From positions 8,122,001 through 8,186,000 of the forward strand of contig NW_027266343.1 in the NCBI RefSeq assembly GCF_022045235.1: DNA of 64,000 nt. Direction: 5' to 3'. Made by a program: the position numbers and the translations under genes. The notes under the pieces were generated by a model. That model ran no database searches, was not told the DNA's origin, and worked only from the letters and a program-made list of their open reading frames with translations. Below, one piece after another: positions 39,898 through 53,124 of the stretch (within the stretch, counting starts at the first letter, position 1; each line of letters starts with the position of its first letter). This DNA is from Haliotis cracherodii (lineage: Eukaryota).

Positions 39898-42413
39898 TCA
39901 GTTATCAAGCAGACCGAGGTCCACAATCCTCGCGCGTTTTAGGAGAGATATCCGTTTGCCTCCGGGACGGATGACGTCACAATGGACTGAGTTTTGCAAT
40001 GTGAGCTTGCCAGTCAAGATGGATACTGCAATGTCCGCTTGGCAAGATGCAATTTCAGAAAAGGTCTCGGGGTCATAGGTGATGGTGCAAACTGTTGGAA
40101 GATCGAAGAATGCTGCTCTGAAAGACCAACTTCCGTGATAAATTCTCATGATGCTTCCAGGAACATAGGCCTCGTCCGTGCATGTGACTTGTACAGATCC
40201 TGTCGCACCCTTGACGACCAGTATAGGATCTGGTTTCAGTGTTTGAACAGCCGATGCATCTGTTAGAAAACCCAAAGCGGTTTATTAGTTAATTAGACGA
40301 CACATTATCCACACATTAGGAAGACTGAACCAATATATAGTGGACGTTGCATTACAGTAGTTTCAGCGCTTTCTCCATAGCGTAAACGCCAGAGAATAAC
40401 CAGTCTCGATTATCTGCCGAATCAGAAAACCCGAAGACACCAGGTGATCAAGAATGTCCTTCCTTATGATTTATTATTTATTCCATTTACAGCTGAAACT
40501 TCGTCGAGGCATATTAAGTGTTAACCCACTTCCTCAAGAACTCAAGCGATGAAGAAATTATTTTTTTACTATGGCCAGGGTCCTGTTACAAGAAGCGGAT
40601 TTGTCACTACGACTGTCGTAGCCATATTCTTTTTAAACATAAATTTAGGATAAATATATAAATATAAAAATGTTTTGTGGAAAGAAAAAATAATACTTAC
40701 AGTACTGATTTACGACGTCAAAACTTTATCAACATGGATATGTTCAGTTTAAAAGTATCAAGGAACATTTCGTAAAAATATCTAACAATAAACAGTGTCT
40801 TAGAAGCAGTTGTGAAAAATCATCTTCATTGAGAAACGTTGTCATTATGAGAATAAATGTGATTTTGTTCGCATTGGTGTTATATTTTAGCTGGCTTGAA
40901 AAGTTTAAAAAGGTAGTGTAAATATTACCCTGTGCAATGTAAAAAATGTGCTGAGATCCTAAAACACAAACCTAAACACATATCTTGTCACATACTAGTA
41001 CTTTGGACGCGCTGAGTTAGAAGCTGAACATGTGTAAGGTCAAAATATGGGGAAAACACGTATCTTAATCCCCAATATTATGCACTATATTTACACGTGT
41101 ATAAATACTAAACACGTTCAGACAGAACATGTTTAAATTCTAAACATTTTAAGTAATGAAAAATGTTTACAATCTTAACATGTTTAGATTTTTGGGATGT
41201 TGTGCTGAAGTGATGTTCAGGGTGTGAGACGAGATATCATTTCATGTGTTTTGACCCTAAACGTGATTAGATAGCACACACCAAATGTGTATACCGTTCA
41301 GGACTTAAACACATTCTTAAACATGTATTTTATGTGTTTTCATTCTAAACATTTTATTACAATATTTGTCAATATAAAAACACTTACTTTTAAGAACGTG
41401 CACGTTATATCATAGCTTGCTTCAATAGCTAATGTCATCTAAAAGTGACACGTGAAGAGGAAATATTCCCGTCTGTGCCGAGGATGGTAAGAACACTTAC
41501 TTTTAAGAACGTACACGTCGAGGAGGTGGTACTGATCTGTGCTTCCTGTACCAATAACATGACAGAGGTAATATCCAGAAAGACCATTTGTGATGTTCTT
41601 GACTGTAGCAGTAGCCTTCACAGAACTGTTTTCAGGAATCTGGGGAATCACTGGGCCTTCTTGTCTCTCAAGTCCTTGTTCTCTTGACCACACGGATTGT
41701 TCATGGCAGGGGATCTTGAAGTAGTAGCGTCCACAGGACAGGAACGTCCACTCCACTCTGTCATACTGCTCGCCCGGATGTAGAGTAACCGGGCACGTGA
41801 GTGTGACGTCATCACCGGATGTGAAGGAAAGTCTTGACTGTTCTATTGGGAATAAATGATTGAACGAAGAGATAATTAATAGAATTTGGAATCTAAAATG
41901 AGAATGTAAATTTTGTTTTGGTGAAACTATTCTTGTCTAGATCCTATCCCAGGCTTGTATCAGTGTGGAGTGAGGGAGTTAGTCATGTGGGGTTTAACAC
42001 AGTGACTCTCTTGAAAAATATGGCGATTTTGAAATCAGGCAACAACTGCCGATTAATTGGAAGTCGAAGGCCTTAAACCTCATCCGGACTTCATATCAGA
42101 TCATATCATCAACATCAACATGTAATGCAATCGAATAATCATAGTATTCACTGATCTTTCCAAATAGTGTCCAAAACAACATACTTGTCAGCCAGTGACC
42201 ACATGTCATTATAATCATTAGCATTTAGTTCTAGCTCAATTTAATTTGTGAGATATTTTGGCTGAATTAATCGTTTTTCTTCTTTTTCCGAAAGAGTTCT
42301 ATGTTAAGAATATATACTGAATAGTACGAACCGTAAAAGTCTGGCAGGAAACCGTACTGTCCCGTGACCATGGGCAGACACAGGAGAACGACGCCCAGTA
42401 CAGTGAGGGTCAT
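39898..42413 (-). CDS. Secreted two-Ig-domain protein, copy 6 (261 aa); exons 42332-42413, 41501-41842, 39898-40259
   Basis: Leader MTLTVLGVVLLCLPMVTGQYGFLPDFY and donor G|GTTCGT. It has the most divergent D1 (YYFKIPCHEQSVW) and an open frame. Confidence 0.85.
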
Positions 42414-45400
42414 CTTGGATTTGCTGCAGTGTCCCACCGTCTTGTGTTTAAATCCCCTCCTTGTATTTACATTGCGCCCTGACGTATCTGCTAAATAAAT
42501 ACATTTACCCTGATCAGCGTCACGTCAAATTGCAAGTAACTATAACACTCCTTTGGTAAATCTCAGACGTGTTAAAGGAATAGAAGTAGACCTCAAGTTA
42601 TTCAGTGCCGTTCATTCCTTCGGGATGCAATGTCATTACTTTTTGAAAAGGTTAATAATAATTGCAACGAGAACACTCCTTTGGTAAATGTTAGAAGCAG
42701 ACCTCAAGTTATGCAGCGCCGTTCATTCCTGGATAGCGTGGATACAATCTGATTAAGAAAACCTACATTTGTATTTTTTTATGATACATAGTTAAGACAC
42801 ACTGCCATTACTGTTTGAAAAGGTTAATACAGGATAGCGGTGTGTAGAACATCAAGCGTTGTGTGAGGGGTGTGTGGGGGTGTGTGTGGGGTCCTGTACG
42901 TTATGAGATCCGTTTTCGTTCATGTTTTTGGCTGTCTGTTCTCATTTAGGGTCCACGGTGGACCAATCCTTCTCAGGTTCCGAAATCTGCTGTGCCTTGG
43001 TCGTGTCAGGAGCTTATGATCGTGCCTTCTGATCGTGCCTTCGAATCATATTTAGCTGATACCACGGTATTGACTGGGTTTCCGATATCAATATCTGTTT
43101 TTGCAGATATTGACTGTAAGCGCCGTCAGTGCACTATCAAAGATTTACTTGGGAATATATGTACCTAGAGCTTGCTTTCAACAATCTGATATCACATACC
43201 CTACCAGACACCAGACACCAGACACAAGACACCAGACATCAACTGAGTCATCTGTTCAAGACCGTCAATGAGTTGCATGAAGTATTTACACTTCTGCACT
43301 GTCATGTGATAATAAGTGATGTTAAGTCGTTTGTTAATTCAAAGGTTACTGACATAAATCAGTTTAATGTATGCAACTAATGTGACTTTACTGGCAGTCT
43401 AATGTCCCCGTGAATGACGTTAGATGACATCAAGTCATCGTTCTTGAGATATACATTAATTTTACGACAGACAGACAGACAGACAGTAAAGATAAGGCTA
43501 CACCACATGCCAGAGATGTCACTCAGGGATCTGAACACGTGAAGAGATCGATTACATAGGCGTTATTATTAATATAACTGTTCGAGTGCTCTTTTAGTTG
43601 GCGTTCGGATAGCCTTGTGGTTAAAGCCTTCGCTTGTTACGCCGAAGACCGGGTTCGATTCCCATAACGGTGTCCCGCGCCGTGATGGTGTTGGATATTG
43701 CTGGAAGCGGCATAAAACTATACTCAGCTACTTCATCTTTTGGGGGCACGGGTAACCATCGTGTAGCAAATGATACGCACTGTGGGTTTGCCAGAATCAT
43801 ATGATTGTGGGCTCATGTCCCAGACTCGCATTGATAATAAAAAAAATTCAGTGGTTTGTCAGTGCCCACCCAGCCCGGGGATTTCACCAAAATGATAATC
43901 GCCAAAGACCTGCAGGATTCCCCACAGAAAGCTGACACGACTTGATGTAACTAAAAAGTTCTTCAAAGTGGCGTTATCTGATCTTCATGTTATGTGGTAA
44001 ATTTAACTGAGTAGTTGAGTTCGATGGCAGCACATGCGTCAAGAATTCAAGAATATTCGAAACCCACACCCATTCCCTGAACAAGTGTAGGTCGCAGTTG
44101 ACATGATGCCGTTACAGACAGTTACATGACGCTAAATGTATTCGTTCGTGTCATTGGTGTGGTGCGACTGCCTGGAGCTTCACCCACACAGCCTACTGAC
44201 CAACATGTATAAATAATGTATGCATGGAAATGGTTGAAAGGAGGAAAGGCCAATGTAAAGGTATACATGAGTGATGTAAACCACACGATTGACTGTTGAC
44301 TGGAGGACTGCGGGCACTGAATTCCTTTGAGTATAGATTTGTGGGTTAACTTTCAATTTTAATTTAGACGTTGACATGTCAAATTATTAACAAGAATGTA
44401 TGCGTGAGTGAGTTGGGTTTAACGTCGCTTTTAACAGTATTCCAGTTATATCGCTGCCTGTCAGCTTAATGTGGGAGGAAAGCCCGAAGTCATGCAGGTC
44501 TAAAACGTTTAGCACTTCGGTGAAACCCACGAGCACGGGTATGGTGCTTACAAACCTAGAAACATAATCGGGGCGAACCGGGATTCGAACCCACAATCAT
44601 AGGTTTCTAGCATGCCCAAGGGCGCAACTCTGCACAGCAAATCGGGGGCGCCTTAGACGACTGGGCCACCCGTGCCCCCTTTACATCTGAATCAGGCATG
44701 GAATGACGAAATGAAATATTGTTTTCTGAACCATAAAATAATGTTTAGCCAAATAATTAGGCCATGTTGCAACATTTGAATTTACCGGCGTCATACCGGG
44801 GGCGTCCTGACAGCATTCGACTCAAAGTTCTTCTTTGTACAATAATAAGACTTGTCAGCTCCGCGGAATAATGCCGATAACGAAAATAAATACAGTTTGT
44901 CACGCGAATGTGTTTTGGGAAGGTAAATGCTGGTTTCCTGTCTCAGGAAAACATTGTATTTAGCGAACCTTGGCGTGCTCCTCGTACTCACGCAGTAATA
45001 CGCGCCCTATGACGTCATCAGAAACGTCGAATCTGACGGACACAAACAGAAACTGATATTGGTGTAATTCATGAAACATTGGCCTCATCTTGCCTTAGTT
45101 GCTTATACTGTCACAATCAAAATCACATGTGACCCACCAAGGGACCTTATGGGTGAAAAATCACATTTTGATTTCTTATAATTTTTTAAAACTACAGTAT
45201 CTTAGTAACATAAAAATACACTTCACAACCATCACTTCATATGTATTGCAGATACATGGCATCAAACATTTGGACTTATTTTCTGCAAAATCCAGTTTTC
45301 AGTCTTGAAGTAACAGCTGTTGTAATAATTTAGATATAATGACTGATTAATCGAAAGTAGGCATGTTAGCTGAATTTTTTTAAATAATGCTTTTATTACA

Positions 45401-45941
45401 TTGCAAACTAACAAGAAAGAAGTAAGGCATTTTTGCCGTCCTCATTCATGGCGACTTTTACGGAAGGAAGTGGACAACAGACATTTGGACTTATTTTCTG
45501 CAAAGTCCCACTTTCAGGCTGATGACCGTTTATGTAATAATTGCAGTTTTTAGATTATGATTTCTGATTATTTAAAAGTAGACATGGATACTGAAATGCT
45601 TTGAAATAACGTTTTTATTTCATTACGAACTAACGAGAGAAAAATGCGATATTTTTTAACAGTCGGCACACATGGCGATTTTTACGGAAGGAAGTTGACG
45701 TCAAACGTCTTTCACTATGACGACACAGCAGAATTGTTTCCTAGCAGCCATAGGGTACCTTTTCTCCACGCGGGTCACATATGTGGAAGTGGTACAATGT
45801 GACACCAATCAAACGCAGGACGTCAGTTTGTAGGTATGTAGCGAGGCGCCTTCATTGGCAATGACAAGACAAAGTTGTTCAGTGTAGGGATGAGTGTGAG
45901 AATTTGGTTTGGGAGTATTGCAGTTGCTGTAAGGAGAAGAG

Positions 45942-46529
45942 CTTAGAGCTAAAGAGGGCCAAAATGCACTGTGGCCTTTTTTGATAATTATTGCATATAT
46001 GAGTTCTTGTCTAACTGTAGAAAAAATATTGAATATTTTCATTGATGCGTTTTTGAAATATAGCCACTTAAAATTCAAAAAATGGGCCAAAGCAAGTTCC
46101 AAAAGGGCCAAAGTCACTTTGCTCGATTTTGGCTCTTTTAGCTCTCATTTCCGGGTATGGTTGAGACACCTTATTATTATATTTCAAACTATTTCAACAA
46201 AGTTGGCATTAGTTTAAATCATTTAAAAGACTTTCAATAGTATGTGTTTGTACTTTCATGGGTAGTTTATCAATCTCACATGTTAAATCCCTGCAAATGC
46301 CTGAGGGTTAGAAAGGGCCAAAATACAGACATTGGTCCTTTCCACACTTACACAAATTAAAAACGTAAGATTATTTCCTTTTTTGAATGTTTTTTTATAA
46401 CAACATTTATATCTCTGCTGTCAGAATGCTTTAATGTCTTGGAATTTATCGGTAAAAAAAAGTTCATTAACATGCATAATATTTTTCTCAAAACAGACTC
46501 CACATGACATTGGCCCTTATGGCTCTAAG
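45942..46529. mobile_element. Non-autonomous TIR element
   Basis: Inverted ends cttagagc..agggccaa / ttggccct..gctctaag and internal agggccaaa repeats. Confidence 0.55.
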
Positions 46530-47678
46530 ATCACGGTGTGTGGATATACTGTGGGAGAAAAGGTCGTTGATGATGACTATGGCTTGAAAACTAACTCAGA
46601 CGTCTAATGGCCCAGTCGTAGGCATCACTGAGTCGCTTATACCGAGTTCCTGTAAGTTATGGGACGTTATAGGTTGGCTGGTTGGTTGGTTTGTTGTTTA
46701 ACGCCGCGCTCAGCAATATTGCAGCTATATGACGGCGGTCTGTAAATAATCGAGTCTGGACCAGACAATCCAGTGTACCCATGTCGGGAATCGAACCCGG
46801 GTGTTCGGCGTGACGGGACTGCTGAAGACCCATTTTCTCCCTGGACCGCCACGGGTCACGAATATTGGTGACAAAACGTCTTCTTTCACTCAGCCATATC
46901 TGCGCTCATTGTACGACTGTCGTTATAGAACAGCTGAAATTCCTACTTACTTACTTACTTACTTTGGAGATTTAACGTGCGCTTTCCGACTGATGCGTAT
47001 TTCGCACACGGACTGAAATTCCTGGTAGACTGTGTACGGTGTTTACAGTCACGTCTTCCGCTGGTTATTACGATCATTTGCTCACAAAATATTGTCCCAA
47101 TTACGTGGAACGATGATCATGATGTCAATCACCGGATTGTCTGGTCCAGACTCGATAATTTACAGACTCCCGCCATAGAGCTGAAATACTGCTGAGTGCG
47201 GCGTTAAACTACAAACAAACAAAACAAACACAAAATATTGGTCACATAGTCCCCTTAAAGAAAGCAGAAAACGGGTAGGCTACTGACAGACCAAGGATCA
47301 TAATCGGGATTCAGACAACCAAAAGGATCCTGGCATGGTGAAGGGAGGCAACTTTGGACCGGATCGGACCTCTACCGAAATGTGTAATTGTTAACGAAGA
47401 CCAGAAATCAACCAATTCCCCGAGCCTGAACGTAAGATCCATTGTATTCGCCCCTTTCGGGTACAGAAGAGTTCTGTCTTAACGCTGTTCTCGAAGGGGT
47501 GAACGATATTATTAACAAGGAATATGTGTATGAATATAAAGGAATTGTACGTCAACGTTTCTAAACTTGTTCAGTCCTTTATGATCCGTGATAATGTATC
47601 CAGTAGTTTTCTGGAACATATTTAATGTAAAAAAACATTTCGAGTGACGACAAACGTTACCTAAACAGAAAAGTGCGA

Positions 47679-47842
47679 GAGTGAGTGAGTATGGTTTTAC
47701 GCCGCTTTTAGCAATATTCCAGCAATATCACGGCGGGGGACACCAGAAATGGGCTTCACACATTGTACCCATGTCGGGAATCGAGCCCGGGTCTTCGGCG
47801 TCACTTGCGAACGCTTTAACCACTAGGCTACCCGACCGCCCC
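47679..47842 (-). mobile_element. Family A SINE
   Basis: Near-identical to 7941-8113. Confidence 0.9.
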
Positions 47843-48607
47843 CTACACAGACAAGAGACTAGTAGAAGGTGGAGATGGAATCACTCCTGATTAATGCCCC
47901 ATGCACTTAGCCCGAGTCGTCCTGTAATAGCCAAAGAGGATTTGCACTTACATGTTTCGCAACACGAGGCCTAAGATATGGCGGAAGAACGAGCGTGCCA
48001 GTATTTCGCGTACATGTGTGGAGGTGTGGAACACTCACGCAAGAAACGTTGATGCTCAACTGTATAAGAGGAATATCATACAAGGAAAACAAAGTCCTGT
48101 CAGAAATAGACAGCTGCCCGGGCACAAGCCTCAGACGAAATGTCACGTGATATGCTCCTTGTCCTTGACATTCAAGCTGTTAAGCAATGACGTTAATAGG
48201 CGGGCCAGGTATACCGTTGTAGCTAATAATAATCTGCGAACTTCTTGCGTGGCATACAAGAAAGTCATTTTTCTTTTCCCCCATACAACCCAAAGTACGC
48301 AATGTTGATAGTACACAGGTACCAACTAACTATTTCTTAGAATCGGATGGTGTTTCATTGTCAGATCTGGCTGGTTGTCTGTTGTACCCAAAACGTGAAT
48401 GACAGAGCACCTGCCCAGGTTTAATATCTTGAATATTGCGGCATAAAACAAAAGTCACTCAACCACTTACATAAACAAAGACTAAGTTTAGGAGGTAGCT
48501 CCTATTGCAAAACTGGTTGATGCCCCTTTTAATGTATTCCTCACTCACGTAATGCCCTGGAAATCTTAAGCACAAATTCATTTACTTAATCTATTTACAT
48601 GATAAGA

Positions 48608-49062
48608 TGGGGGCACGGGTGGCCCAGTCGTCAAAGGCGCCGCGATTCGCTGTGCAGAGTTGCGTCCTTTGGGAATACCAGAAACCTATGACTGTGGGTT
48701 CGAATCCCGATTCGCTCCGATTATGTTACTAGGTTTGTCAGCACCATACTCGTGCTGATGGGTTTCACCGAAGTGCTAAACGTCTGAGACCTGCATGACT
48801 TCGGGCTTTCCTCCAACATTTAGCTGACACGACGCGATATAACTGGAATGCTGTTAAAAGCGGCGTTAAACCCAGAGTCAGAGGCGACCAACGGGGTCGG
48901 GTGGTCAGGCTCGCTGACTTGGTTGATGCATGTCATCGATCCCAATTGTGTAGATCCATGCTCATGATATCAATCACTGGATTACCTGTTCCAGACTCGA
49001 TTTTATACAGACCGCCGTCATATAGCTGAGTGCGGCGTTAAACAACAAACCAACCAACCAAT
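48608..49062 (+). mobile_element. Family D SINE fused to a 5'-truncated family C element
   Basis: D runs from head to 3' stem (48608-48873), followed by the C body and tail. Flanking direct repeat atgataaga. Confidence 0.8.
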
Positions 49063-49644
49063 ATGATAAGACCAAAATGGAGTGTGCACGAGGAGGTCCA
49101 GTTTAACAAATGGACTTTTCGCAAAACTGCGATAAAGTTAAACGAATCGTTGTCATAAACTGTCCCATTTACAGGAAAAGAAAAAATCATGCATAAAACT
49201 TCTTTGATGAACGACAAGATTATTCAATATGAATTAGGAATGTAGTTGTATCTTTTTCAGTGAAATCCCCGAAACCGCCATACAGTGTCGTCACTTTGAT
49301 GACATTCCGAAGAAATCTTCGATAAAGTCTCAACTGCTTTAATGGATCCCACAATGAAAGACCGAGGCAGCCATGCAAGAAACGATTTAGCGCTCAAGAA
49401 TCCTCAAAGACCAAAGATCAAGAACAACGTGGCAATCATGAACAGTTACAAAGTATTGACATCCATTATGAACTCAACAAGGGATTGTAAAGCAATGGTT
49501 TGCAAACATAACGGATATTTTGGGGATGTAGGGTAACAACAGAACCAACGTGTAACACATGGCCACTGACGTTAGAGGCTAGAACATGTTTCTTACACAT
49601 TACGCCTGACTTCTATCACTGGACTGTAAGAGGCTTTGCAATGA

Positions 49645-49811
49645 GTGAGTGAGTGAGTATGTATTTACGCCGCTTTTAGCAATATTCCAGCAACATCACG
49701 GCGGGGAACACAAGAAATGGGCTTCACATATTGTACCCATGTCGGGAATCGAACCCGGGTCTTCGGCATCACGAGCGAACGCTTTAACCACTAGGCTACC
49801 CGACCACCCCT
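49645..49811 (-). mobile_element. Family A SINE
   Basis: 13-bp TSD ggctttgcaatga. Confidence 0.9.
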
Positions 49812-50526
49812 GGCTTTGCAATGACAATCTGGAACTATATTTCATGTTAAAAGATATTTCACAGCTGGAATATTTCCAGATCCCTTTCTTAATTTATATG
49901 CGTTTCTCATCTTCATGAGCTCTCCCTGTAATCTGTAATAGCGCTCTTTCTGAAAACTGATCCACTCCAAGAAATCGCTCCGCATCATTCGGACACATTA
50001 AAGCCGGCATGTACACTGCGATAATTGGGTTGAAAACTAATTACCCCAAACTGTTGTGAATCAAAGTGCCTCCAACATTCTATAGACACCTCTGTTAACT
50101 CCGCAGCATCCCTAAAAGCTGCAATCATATTATGCTACTATCTTTCCAGTTACGTTAATTCCCTCCTAAAAACCAATACCATGCACCATTCCATAAACAG
50201 CATGACAAAGAATGCGCCCGTCTCAAATCCATCATTATATTTGCAGAACGGGTTTTGCTCCTCAAGGTAGAATGATGTGGTTTGCTGGCAGGAATGTTTT
50301 GAAAGAGCGTTATTTTTCTATTTCAATATTTGATTTTCGCTCTGACGTAGAACTGTGTTTTTATGTCACATGAAACTGGCGAATACAGCGTTCGTTTGTT
50401 ATCTTGAAAACGTGTAACGAAATTATCCGTTGATAATGTAACATGTCACTCATCCCACTGCAAGACACATCTCGGTTCCCTCTTATATCACATCTCCCAC
50501 ATGCCCTACTCCCGACACCACATCGC

Positions 50527-51194
50527 TACTCACCCATTGCCACAAAGACCTCACCCATTGCCACAAAGACCTCATCCACTGCCACAAACTCCACATCCAT
50601 TGCCACAAAGACCTCATCCATTGCCACAAANNNNNNNNNNNNNNNNNNNNNNNNNNNNNNNNNNNNNNNNNNNNNNNNNNNNNNNNNNNNNNNNNNNNNN
50701 NNNNNNNNNNNNNNNNNNNNNNNNNNNNNNNNNNNNNNNNNNNNNNNNNNNNNNNNNNNNNNNNNNNNNNNNNNNNNNNNNNNNNNNNNNNNNNNNNNNN
50801 NNNNNNNNNNNNNNNNNNNNNNNNNNNNNNNNNNNNNNNNNNNNNNNNNNNNNNNNNNNNNNNNNNNNNNNNNNNNNNNNNNNNNNNNNNNNNNCACACA
50901 CACCTCATCCAACTGACACACACACACACACACACCTCATCTCACTGACACTCACACACCTCATCTCACTGACACACACACACACCTCATCTCACTGACA
51001 CACAGAAACACACAGACACACACCTCATCTCACTGAAACACAGAAACACACAGACACAGNNNNNNNNNNNNNNNNNNNNNNNNNNNNNNNNNNNNNNNNN
51101 NNNNNNNNNNNNNNNNNNNNNNNNNNNNNNNNNNNNNNNNNNNNNNNNNNNNNNNNNNNNNNNNNNNNNNNNNNNNNNNNNNNNNNNNNNNNNN
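50527..51194. repeat. 21-bp minisatellite and CA-rich repeats interrupted by two assembly gaps (N runs at ~50631-50894 and ~51060-51194)
   Basis: catccattgccacaaagacct units, cacctcatctcactgacac units and N runs. Confidence 0.9.
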
Positions 51195-51889
51195 ACACAT
51201 CGTCCGCACACATCGATATCTCCAATCCAAGGATCTCTCACATCGGAAATCCTGCAACACACATGAACACTGTACACGGCCAAGGCAGCCGCAATGATGC
51301 CAAGACATGTTAGATCGATCCCATTTCATCACGTTTGGTCGCATGTCTCTGAGTGATCTCGCAAATATAAGGATGATAATGGACATTCATATACTTAGTT
51401 TAAACATTTTTTTTTTATATTTCAACTAAAAACTGGGATCGGTCAACAAGACGTTGTTGAACGTATGCTCCCGACTAGGTTCTGTACACATAGCATACTT
51501 CAGGAAAAACGTTAGCAAGGCTCACTAAATATTTCGTGTCTTGTATTAATGTTCTGACGAGACAAATTTGTTTTCAAAGTGATAATCTCAAATGGACATA
51601 CAGAAACTGAAATCGATTATCTAACAGACCGCCTCCGTGGTCTAGTGGTGGGGATGGGGGGTGGGGGTGGGGTGGGGGTCGGGTGTCACCAGGAATGAGC
51701 TTCACACATTGGACGCATGTGGGAAATCGAACCCGGGTTTTCGGCTTGAGTCCTTGTGACCGCCTGGAGAGACATAAATTCCAACACATCTATCAAAGTT
51801 GGATGTGTTAATATTTCAAAATTCGGATATATGGAAATACAAAAGGGACTGTGCATAACGTGTTTTCATGTATATGTGTTTCCCTAAAA

Positions 51890-51955
51890 AGTGAGTGAGC
51901 GAGTGAGTGAGTGAGTGAGTGGATGGGTGAGTGAGTGAGTGAGTGAGTGAGTGAG
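51890..51955. repeat. (TGAG)n microsatellite
   Basis: Direct reading. Confidence 0.9.
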
Positions 51956-53124
51956 AAATATACGAGGGTTGAAACACCCAGATAAACTTGGAACGATTGC
52001 AACAAATAGTACATACATGTACATGTGGACCCATCCCTAATCAGCATCCACTGTGGCCTCATAAGTCCACTTAAACAGACCTCCTTCATCTCGGAATCTC
52101 AATCAACTATGTAAATAACCTATGATGTATTTTACTGTGTTGAACCTATAATGTTTAGATGTAAACTTCGTTTGCATAATTTGCGTACATGTTGATGCAC
52201 AACTGAAGCAGCAGTCTTTGTAGAAAAAAATGGCATTTCGGCAGTCATATTGACATTTTTCTGACTAAGATTTGGAGCAAGGTCCAAAGGATCAAGTGCA
52301 AAAATGCAGAAATATGACACAACGAGACAGTTAAGTTTAACCTTTACGAACAGTAACCGATAAAGCAAACACGTCATTTAGATATGCACTAGTGTTTGTA
52401 TGGAGTAGATACACTCGTCACGATATACTTGAAAACAACCTGTCGTCTCGTCTCGAGCCTTCAGACATATTTTCCCCACTATAGGTTGGCTTCACACCTC
52501 GCCACGCAGCCAAGCTTTCGTCATTCGGACCACTTCATAGCTCCGGAAATTAAACATCATTGGAAAGACATACGCATGGCTTACTGCGCGGCATAATATG
52601 CTACTTTATCTTGTTTTAATTTAGTCCTCTTAAAACATATTTTAACCTGATGCATAAAACGTCCGAAGCGAACATTCCGGATTCAATTATTGGAATCAAG
52701 CCCCTGTCTTTGGCCGTTGTCCAATTTATCAGACAGCACCCCAGGCTGACAGTATGTGGTTTTGTGGACGAATTGTTGAACGTCTTGTTGAAATTAAATA
52801 AATTGATTTTCTTTCAAGAAATTCCGAACGCATACGGTAGTTCCATGTTTATTCTTTTCTTTGAGTCTTTGAAATATTTTGTTCTTTCTCCGATCCGGAG
52901 ACCAGTTGTATCGACTTTTCTAATTAAATGTTTATATTCTCAGCTTTCTTCAGCCACTTCTGTTTTCCTGACGAGAATATCTTCTACCAAGGGCACAGGC
53001 GTGGATATTAAATTTGGACAAAATTGATTACTTCGTCAGGCTTTGGGCAGTTCTCTTGTTTTGCTTCTTTTAATTTCGAGATGTCCAAGAGGTGTCTGTT
53101 GGGTAGTTTGCCTTACCGAGAAAT

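Larger units (their letters stand above)
29760..40260. repeat. Tandem duplication, ~5.25 kb unit
   Basis: Near-identical sequence offset by 5253 nt, e.g. identical ORFs at 32933/38186, 33306/38559 and 33639/38892. Boundaries are approximate. Confidence 0.85.

Noticed and set aside
2154-42413. Somatically rearranging V/J-type locus
   Set aside because: Each copy is a complete gene, and I saw no RSS heptamer/nonamer pairs or separate J segments.
49255-49536. Possible plus-strand exon after a tttttcag acceptor
   Set aside because: It has an in-frame stop or frameshift, no recognisable motif and no partner exons.
50443-51386. ORFs containing runs of X
   Set aside because: They span assembly gaps.
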